The notes below the pieces were generated by a model. It was not told the origin of the DNA. It did no database searches and saw nothing but the letters and a program-made list of their open reading frames with translations. From Octopus vulgaris (taxonomy: Eukaryota), in the NCBI GenBank assembly GCA_951406725.2, contig OX597815.1:171802001-171866000 (forward strand): 64,000 nucleotides of DNA, in the 5' to 3' direction. A program made the translations under genes and the position numbers. This document shows positions 25,915 through 35,824 of this stretch, one piece after another. Within the stretch, counting starts at the first letter, position 1. Every line of letters starts with the position of its first letter.

Positions 25915-28900
25915 CATCGTCATCATCATCGTCGTTTAATGTCCGCTTTCCATGCTGGCATGGGTTGGACAGTTTGACTGAAGACTGGCAAGCCGGAAGG
26001 CTGCACCAGGCTTCAATCTGATCTGTCAAAGTTTCTACTCCTGGATGCTCTTCCTAATGCCAACCACAGCTAGGGTGTGATGCTTTTTCACACAGCTGTC
26101 CTCATCCATTCGCAACACATGACCATACCAGTGCAGTCGTCTCTCTTGCACACCACATCTGATGCTTCTTATGTCCAACTTTTCTCTTACGGTGCTCAAA
26201 CTCTGTTGTGTATGCACACTGACATTACACATCCAGTGGAGCATACTGGCTTCATTTCTTGCAAGCTTATGCATGTCCTCAGCAGTCACGGCCCATGTTT
26301 CACTGCCAGGTAGCATAACTGTTTGTACACATGCTTCATACAGTCTAGATTCTGTAAGTGGTGGTCTTGTGTGCAAGGGTACATAGCTGAGCTTTGTCTG
26401 TAGTCCAGCTGTTCTCTTAAAGACATGTAAAGAGGCTCTTGCAAAGCCACTGCAGATAATCTTTCAGAGTGTCCTTGCATGTAGTAAACTTCCCAACATG
26501 CTATGCCCTGTCCATAAAGGAGGGAGCAGAGCAGATGCTAAAAACTATAAGCTCATCTCTCTGACCTCTCTTGTTAGTAAGACAATGGAACGCATTGTCA
26601 GAAAAAGGCTGATCACATTCCTAGGAGAAAACAACCTTCTCACAAACATGCAACATGGTTTCCATCCAGGGAGGAGATGCCTTACACAGTTGTTGCAGCA
26701 CTTTGACTGGGTACTGAAGCAACAGCTAAACAAGTCAGCTGTAGATATGGTATACTTTGACTTTGCCAAGGCCTTCGACAAGGTTGATCATAGCATGATA
26801 TGTCACAAACTGCGAAACATTGGTATTACTGGGAAACTGGGAGAGTGGCTGCATGATTTTCTGAAGGGCAGTTGACAGACAATTGTAGCCAATGGTGCTC
26901 ACTCTGAAGAAACACCAATTCTCAGCGGAGTCCCACAGGGAATTGTACTGGGGCCATTACTATTTGTGGTGACCCTCTCAGACATGCTCTCTGCAGTACA
27001 GTCAGCCAATATGACCAGTTATGCTGATGACACAAAAGTATAGCAGGCAGTTAGGAACCTAGAGGACATCATAAGACTGCAGAAATCTACAAATGGGCTA
27101 CAAAAATATCATGCAGTTCAATGCTATGAAATTTCAGGCACTCCACTATTGGTCCAACACCAGACTAAAATCGGAATACACTGGACCAGAAGGTAATATG
27201 ATCTTACAGTTAGAGTCGGTGCATGACCTGGGGGTTCACATGAGCAACGATGCAACATTCCATGTGCACATTACCAAGATGGCAACACTGTGCAATCGAG
27301 TGGCTGGCTGGATTCTGAAGACATTCAGAACCAGGAAAAGGGAAGCCCTGTTACTCAAGCGATGGTGGGAGGACAAACACAGACACACAAGCACAAATAA
27401 CTGATGAATAATTATCAGCATCTTCATTTAAATTGTAAACTCATTCTTGTGAAGTTTGATAATAAACCAAAAGAAATCACTTCAGAAGAATCTTGTTTTC
27501 TTTAATTTTCCTGTGTTTCTTAACCCTTTAACCCTTTAGCATTTAAACTGGCCAGATCCTGCCAAAATATTCTGCCTGTTTTATGGTAAAGCCAGCCCGA
27601 TATGGCCTCTTAAAAATAAACAGCTACCTTATCAAAATCTCAAAGCTACAAGATAATACATGATTAATTTAAAACAATGGGAATAATTAAGCTTTACATT
27701 TGACAGGGTAAACTGAATACTAAAGGGCTGATATAGTTATTTGTTTTCTCTTGAAGGTTTTGGTAAATCCCTAAGCTACACATCATGTTTGGTTGCTGTT
27801 GGGAGATACTTTGACAAACGCCGTGGATTAGCTGTAGGTCTTGCGACAGCTGGTGTTGGAATTGGAATGTTCATTTTTCCACCTTTAATGGAATGGCTTT
27901 TTCAAACTTATGGATTCTTTGGTGGTATATTGTTAATGTCTGGAATCTCTTTGAATTTGTGTGTCTTCAGCATGCTGTACCGTCCTCTACATCAATATCA
28001 ATTAACTGTTAAAACAAGGTTTGTATATAATTGTGTTATGTACATGTGCATTCATATGCACATGCATGTATATGAGTGTGATCATCAACATCATCATCAA
28101 TATCATCATTTTCACCATCATCATCATCAGCAGCAGTAGCATTATTAACATCATCATTATCATTATCGTCATCATCAGCATCCTCCTCCTCCTCCTCATC
28201 ATCATCATCATCATCATCACCATTATCATCATCATCATCACCATCATCATCATCATTATCATCATCATTTTTATCATTGTTCTGGTTTTCTCTCTACTTT
28301 CCATGCTGACACTAGTCAGAGAAGTTGTCGTGATTTGAGTCCCCCTCATTTCTCACTCTCCTTAACACCCTTGCAACTTCTACCCATCCACACCTGGTTA
28401 TTCTGCCTTCACTCACTTCTACTCACTTCATACCTTGAGGATTCACTCAGACACCACATCACTACCATTCTTATCTCTTCCCAACTGCTCCCTGATCACC
28501 CACTCTTTCTTCTAAACTGTGAGTAACCATGTTAGTTCCTCTACAAGAAACCTGTTCTACTGTGGTCACTTTTTTCATCTTTTAATCCTCTTGGCTTCTA
28601 GCATAAAGCTAACCCATCCCTCAGGGTACATAATTTTGCAAGCTGCATTGTAATTTTACCAGTGGCATATGTTGGTTGTTGTACTGGATGTGCTGCCATA
28701 CCCAATACTGCAAAATTTCAAGCAGGGGTATGACAAAAGTTTTCCATCAAGATTTGTGATTAAATTAATGAGTAAGGTTAATATTTATAATGAATTTTCC
28801 ATTTTTGGTGGCTGTGCAGTGCACACCTAGCACACACGCCCCTGAATTTTATGAGTGGTGAGGGGGCAACCACCCCCCCACCAAAATACACACTGTAAAG

Positions 28901-30552
28901 TGGTTGGCATTAGGAAGGGCCTCCAGTCATAGAAACCATACCAAAGAAGACAATGGGACACAATATAGTCTTTGCACCCAAATGATCCTGTCAAACCTTC
29001 CAAGCCATGCCAAAGTAGAGAGTGAAGCATGATGCAGTCCTTAGACTCATCAAATCCTGTCAAACTGTTTGACCCATGAGATCCTGTCAAACCATCCAGC
29101 TCGTGCTTACATGGAACATCATCATCATCATCATCGTTTAACGTCCATTTTCCATGCTAGCATGGGTTGGACGGTTCGACCGGGGTCTGGGAAGCCAGGG
29201 GGCTGCACCAGGCTCCAGTCTGATCTGGCAGTGTCTTTACAGCTGGATGCCCTTCCTAATGCCAACCACTCCATGAGTATAGTGGGTGTTTTTTACGTGC
29301 CACCGGCACAAGGGCCAGAGGAGGCTGGCAAACGGCCACGATCGGTTGGTGCTTTTATGTGTCACCGGCACAGACGCCAGACAGGCGGTGCTGGCATCTG
29401 ATGATGATAAGATCCATAGTTATTATAGAATCAGTTTTTATAATTATATATTTTGTTGATTAGAAGTAATCTGTTTAGCATAATGTCAATTTGAAACAAT
29501 TGTTTTTTTTCTTAAAAAAATGTAATTATATTACATCTTTTTTTTTAGCTGGGAAACACCCTCACCACAAGTAGATCAGGAACATGTTGAACTTCTTCCT
29601 GCAACAACAAAAGTAAATGAATGTGAAACAGAAGACAATAATACAAAGAACAACCAGCTTTCTAAAACTGTATTTTCACCAGCACCTGTAACACTAGGAG
29701 TGACACCAGAACGACCAAACCGAGTATCCATTGCTCACTCTATAAATTATGAACCAATAACTAGTAGAAACAATGGATGCCTGCCTTCTTTAAAAAGATT
29801 TCTATTAGGAAATAAGAAAGCAGAAAATAATCAACCCTTATTTGACTGTACTTTGTTAAAAGACTTGCATTTTGCTTTGTTTCTGTTCAGTATTTGTTTG
29901 CAGACCCTTGCTTTTCAATCTGTCTCTATCTTTATCCCACCACTTGCTAAACAAAGAGGTGTAGATACAATGAATGCTGCCTTTCTCATATCTATCTTAG
30001 GAATTACTGACATTATCAGCCGAATAGGCATAAGTAGTATTTTGGACTTGAAATATATCAAACCATATCGCAGGTTAGTATAAAAATTTATTATTATTAT
30101 TATTATTATTGAGTGAGGGAGCAGTGCATGCCATCAAAGTGACACTGGGGTAAAATATACGAAGCTCAGTATACCCATCATGACTACCCGTCTGATAAGG
30201 GTACACTAGGCACATGCATCACAACCATATGTGCGTGACATGGTGATCTCATATCAAAATAAACAGCACATGACCTTGCAGGTGGGGCCCAGTTTATTAT
30301 TATTATTATTATTGTTACTACTACTACTACTTAAGGTGGTGAGGTGGTGAGCTGGAAAAATCATTAGCATGCCGGGCTGAATGCTAGCAGCATTCCATCT
30401 GTAGCTATGTTATGAGTTCAAATTCCGCCGAGGTCAACTTTACCATTCACCCTTTAGGGGTCAATAAAATAAGTACCAGTTGAACACTGAGGTCAGTGTA
30501 ATCAACTCATCCCCTCCCCCAAAATTGTTGCCCTTGTGGCAAAATTCGAAAC

Positions 30553-30586
<34 letters not shown>

Positions 30587-30763
30587 TAGTTTTATTTTTA
30601 TAGCGTGCTTTCACTTCACTACCGAGCGCAGTTCTGTGTGCCTTGGGTATGTGCTGTGATTTGTTGTGATGCTCTGATGGTTATTGTATGGAAAGTGTTC
30701 TGCGTAGGATGTGTGCAGTGCCTAGTAGTGCAATTTTTTGTATTGCAGTGCCTAGTAGTGCAA

Positions 30764-30796
<33 letters not shown>

Positions 30797-31011
30797 TAAG
30801 GTGGTGAGCTGGCACAATCATTAGCATACCGGGCTGAATGCCAGCAGCATTCCAGCCATCGCTATGTTCTGTGTTCAAATTCTGCCAAGCTCAACTTTAC
30901 CTTTCATCCTTTTGGGGTCAATAAATTATGTCTCAGTGAAAAACTGGGGTTGATGTAATCGACTGTTCTCCTCCCACCAAAATTCCAGGCCTTGTACCTA
31001 TAATAGAAAGG

Positions 31012-31047
<36 letters not shown>

Positions 31048-34000
31048 TAAGGTGGTAAGCTGGTAAAATCATTACTTAGCAGCATTTTGTCCATCTTTAC
31101 GCTCTGAGTTCAAATTCTGCCAAGGTTGACTTTACCTCTCATCTTTTTGGGATTGATATAATAAGTACCAGTGAAACACTTGGTACAATGTAATTGACTA
31201 GTCCCCTCCCCAAAAGTTTTAGGCCTTGTTCCTTTAGTAGAAAGGATTATCATGATTAAGGCAGTGAGCTGGCAAAAGTCATTGGCATGCTGGGCAAAAT
31301 GCTCAGCAACATTTTGTCCATCTTTACATTCCAAGTTCAAATTCCACTGAGGTCAACTTTGCCTTTCATCCTTTCAGGGTCAATGAAATAAGTACCAGCA
31401 GTTGAACACTGGGGTTGTTGTAATTGACTTATCCCCTCCCCAGAAATTGCTGGCCTTGTGCCAAAATTTGAAACCATTATTATTATTATTATTATCATCA
31501 TCATTCTTCCCTTCCTCTTCCTCCTCCTCCTTCTTTTTCTCCTTTGTCTTATTCACTGCCATTACCATTTAATATTTGTTTTTTTCATGCTGGCATAAGT
31601 TGGATGGGTCTCTCAGTGTTTCCCAAATGCAGCTAGTATCATCATCCACATACAGCAATAGAGAAAACTGTCCTATTTTGTTGTTGTCTATGTCTTACAG
31701 TGTATATTGAATGCATTTTATAATGCCACCAGCACTAAAAATGTCTATAAGTACATTAAAATGTTCTTTTTTATGTATATCAATTTTTATTTGGAGTTAC
31801 CATTCTCCTTGAAGGTTAGGATAGTTTTCAAAGTTCATAGCTCTGTAAACTGTTCCATTTTTGACATAATTTCTATGGTTGGATGTCCTTTTTACCTCTT
31901 TACTACATACAATAACAGCCTTGTTTTTTTTAAAAACCCAGCCTGAGACAGCTTATCTGTGACAGGACTAAAGAGTTTTTCCCCTACCCTGTATCAATTC
32001 TAATTTAATATCACTGCCTTCAAAAATGGTTTGGGTAGCTAATGATGAAGCTTATGGAACCTACATTTTGTTCAGACTGGAGTCTGGTGCAGCTCCCCAG
32101 CTTGCCAGCTCTGGTCAAACTGTCCAACCCATGCCAACATGAACAACGGACATTGGATGATGATGATGATGTTCATACTTTCCATTTTTAGCATGAATTT
32201 CACAATAGCCAGAATAGAGTTGTGAAGGATTTCTGGGGTAACTTTATTCAACTGGGTGCATAGCTTAGAGATCTAGGTGTCCGTCCAGGTCAAGTCACTA
32301 CTTTTCCACATTGAAAGGTCAAAGTTCTGGTACTACAGATGTGATTATAAATGTCATAGGAAAGACTCACAAGATGGATCCTTCAAGCCAACCCAACCAG
32401 TAGAAAACCTATGGGATTGACCAAGATTGAGATCGTTGGATTATATCTATAATCCCAGTTGGTCATGCTTGGGAATTCAGCTGCCAAGTCAAATGATGAC
32501 TGCTTTTTATAGGACCCTTTAGAAGTGCCTGAGGACTCTGCCCCAACAAACCTCTCAGAAATGGAGAGCAGAGATGGATGGATGCTCTTCTTATCACCAA
32601 TCACTTTACATTGAGTTGGAGTATTTCATTACACCTCAGTAAATAGGTTGTCTGATGTAGAACTAAATAATTCCTTCTGGAATTATCACTCTTCCAGATG
32701 GATAGCTTACTTGCAACATCCATGTCTTTTCCATCCTGTTCTTCATTTTTAATAAGATTATTACAACTAGCTGCCTGTCCTATTACTAATAATTTCATAG
32801 TAGACTGGATGCATTTCACCATGACTCTGTTTACAAAAACTAAAGTTTTCCTTATACATTGTACTCTCATGTCAAAATAAATGGCATGGTTGGAAGGGCA
32901 GAGAAACCAATCATCTGGCAGATGTGCATTGCCATTTCTCACCCAAGTACTCTTTTAATCTTTTATTTGTTTCAATCATTTGACTGTGGCCATGCTGGAG
33001 CACCACCTTTAGTCGAGCAAATTAACCCCAGGACTTATTCTTTGTAAGCCTAATACTTATTCTATCGGTCTCTTTTGCAGAACAGCTAAGTTACGGAGAC
33101 GTAAACACACCAGCATTGGTTGTCAAACGATGTGTGTGTGTGTGGGGGGGGGGCAAACACAGACACACAAACATATACACACACACACACATACATATAT
33201 ATGCATATATACGATGGGCTTCTTTCAGTTTCCTTCTATCAAATCCACTCACAAGGCTTTGGTCGGCTCGAGGCTATAGTAGAAGACACTTGCCCAAGGT
33301 GCCATGCAGTGGGACTGAACCCAGAACTATGTTGTTTGTAAGCAAGCTACTTACCACACAGCCACTCCTGAGGGAATATGAACAGAAAGGAAGGTGGTGT
33401 AGTGAGAGAAAGAAAGAGAGTGAATGTTAGGGAGTAATATTTAAAAAAAAGAAGCTTAAATGTATTCCTGCAGATAAAGTTGCATTATTTACTGTCTCCT
33501 TTCTAACTTTCCAACGTCCTCTCCATATACACAAAAGAAGATCCTCTTTGGCTCCTCTTCTCACTCATTTTCTTACTATCTTCATATTATTTCAACATTG
33601 AAAAGTGTATTCCAAGTTATCCCTTCCCGAAATCTCACACTTTTTGTTCCTATGTTAAAATATATATCTCATCACCCAATTTTTTTTTTTTTTTTTGTTC
33701 CTGCATTTCTGCATTTTCCATGTTGACATAGGCTGTCTTCTAATACAGATCTCTTCTGCTTTCAACACACAAGCAATTGTCATTACATTCAAATACAGTC
33801 ATCTCTCCTGCATTCAGTAGTTAATTATTTTAATGTTCATTCTCTCTCTCTCTCTCTCTTTGTCTATCTGTCTATTGTTTCACCACCATTCATATCCTAC
33901 TGCCTTTTGTACAGATGAAAATTATACATTCATTGGATCATATTTATTTTGTCTCTAGCTTCAACATAGCCCCCATATTCATTGTCTGTGTTTTATTAAT

Positions 34001-35761
34001 GTATACATCATACTTCTTACATTATACTCTCAGCATTCACAAAGTGAGAAAGCCTTTCATTACCAACAGAGTTAACAAAAGCTCTCTGAACTTCCACTTG
34101 TTTCCTACACAGGATACTATATTTCCAGCCTCTTTTATCACTAAAAAAAAAACCCACTGAGATAATAGCTGTACATAAACTTCATGTCCTTGATGCTCTT
34201 ATTGTTAACTTACTTGTACTTGTACTTGTGGCAACATTCACCCTGGGCGAGTTGAGTCGGCTTCTTCCTTGGAAGAAGTTTTGTGGGAATATGTAGATTT
34301 CACAAGCAGTCCCCAACAATCCCACATGTAGAGACATCCTGTTTGCCTCAGATTGTCCGCAGACGCAGGGACAGAACGACTGAGGAGCCGCCGGTTGCCG
34401 AAACAGACACTCCGAGGATTTTCACCAGAGCCCCGTCTGCCGGGTTGTGGCCTTAATACCACTCGGTGTCAGACCAATCTGCCTTGGGTGGCCCTACCAG
34501 GAACCGAAGTTCCCGACGGCATAGCTCTGACACTACCCGTTGCCAGCATCCCCACCACGGTGAGGAGGAGATGGACTTTGCTAACTACTGTGCACCTGTC
34601 ACATTTAAAGTTCTTGTCTCCTATTAAACCAGAGATTCCACTCTACCTTTTGTGTACCCACTATTTACATTGAGTCCTTACTTCTGTTCCTAAATACTGA
34701 ATAATGTTTCTTCCCAATTATTACCTCAATTTTGTGTTATCTGTTGTTACTAATTAGTGTTTTTTGTCTTTGTAATTATATACTTTGAAGTTCTACATCT
34801 AAATACTTTTTTCTATTTACAGGTATTGCTACACTCTGATATGTTTCTTAAATGGCCTTATTGTTTTCCTTTATCCCTTGGCATTTGAATATTCAGAATT
34901 TATTGCCATCACTGCAGCATATGGTTTTATGAGTGGTGCATTTGTATCCCAGAAATCTGTCATAATCGTTGATCTATTAGGTGTTGAAAAATTATCAAGT
35001 TCGTTTGGATGGACGAATTGTTTCCAAGGACTTGGTGCCTTAATTGGGCCTCCAATAGAAGGTATGTAGAAAATAAACAAATGTAATTATCAGTAATTTT
35101 TTTTGCCATAAAGCGATTGAAAAAGAAACTATATTATGACATTTAAGGAGAAAAGACAGATAACTTCATGAGAGAATAACAATATAGGAAGAACAGTTTT
35201 AGACTAGGCAAAGAAATTTATCAGGAACTAGACATTAGTGGAATGCTAGCAAGTTAGACTAAATACCCTGCACTATTTAATTATGATGTGATTTGCTGTG
35301 CTTGATAAAATGTGTCAAGCTAAGTAAAATCGCTGTCTTCCACACATATAGTCATGTTTTTACAGGTGTCGGTGCCACTTGAAAAGCACTTGTGCCACAT
35401 ACATGTGCCAATGATGCATTAATGCACCCGTGCTGGTGCTACATAAATGTATCCATGCCAGTAGCATGTAAAAGGCACCCAGCACACTCTGTTAAGAGGT
35501 TGGTGCTAGGAAGAACATCCAGTCATAGAAATCACGCCACAACAGACAGTTGGAGTCTGGACAGCTCCATGCTAACCAGCTCCATGTCAAACCATGTCAG
35601 CAGGAGTGGCTGTGTGGTAAGTAGCTTGCTTACCAACTACATGGTTCTGGGTTCATTCCCACTGCATGGCACCTTGGGCAAGTGTCTTCTACTATAGCCT
35701 CAGGCCGACCAAAGCCTTGTGAGTGGATTTGGTAGACAGAAACTGAAAGAAGCCCGTCATA

Positions 35762-35824
<63 letters not shown>

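Noticed and set aside
28002-28349. Met-rich ORF (reflectin-like?) and poly-His extension of exon 4
   Set aside because: This is an (ATC)n microsatellite with no reflectin motif; exon 4 ends at the donor at 28019.
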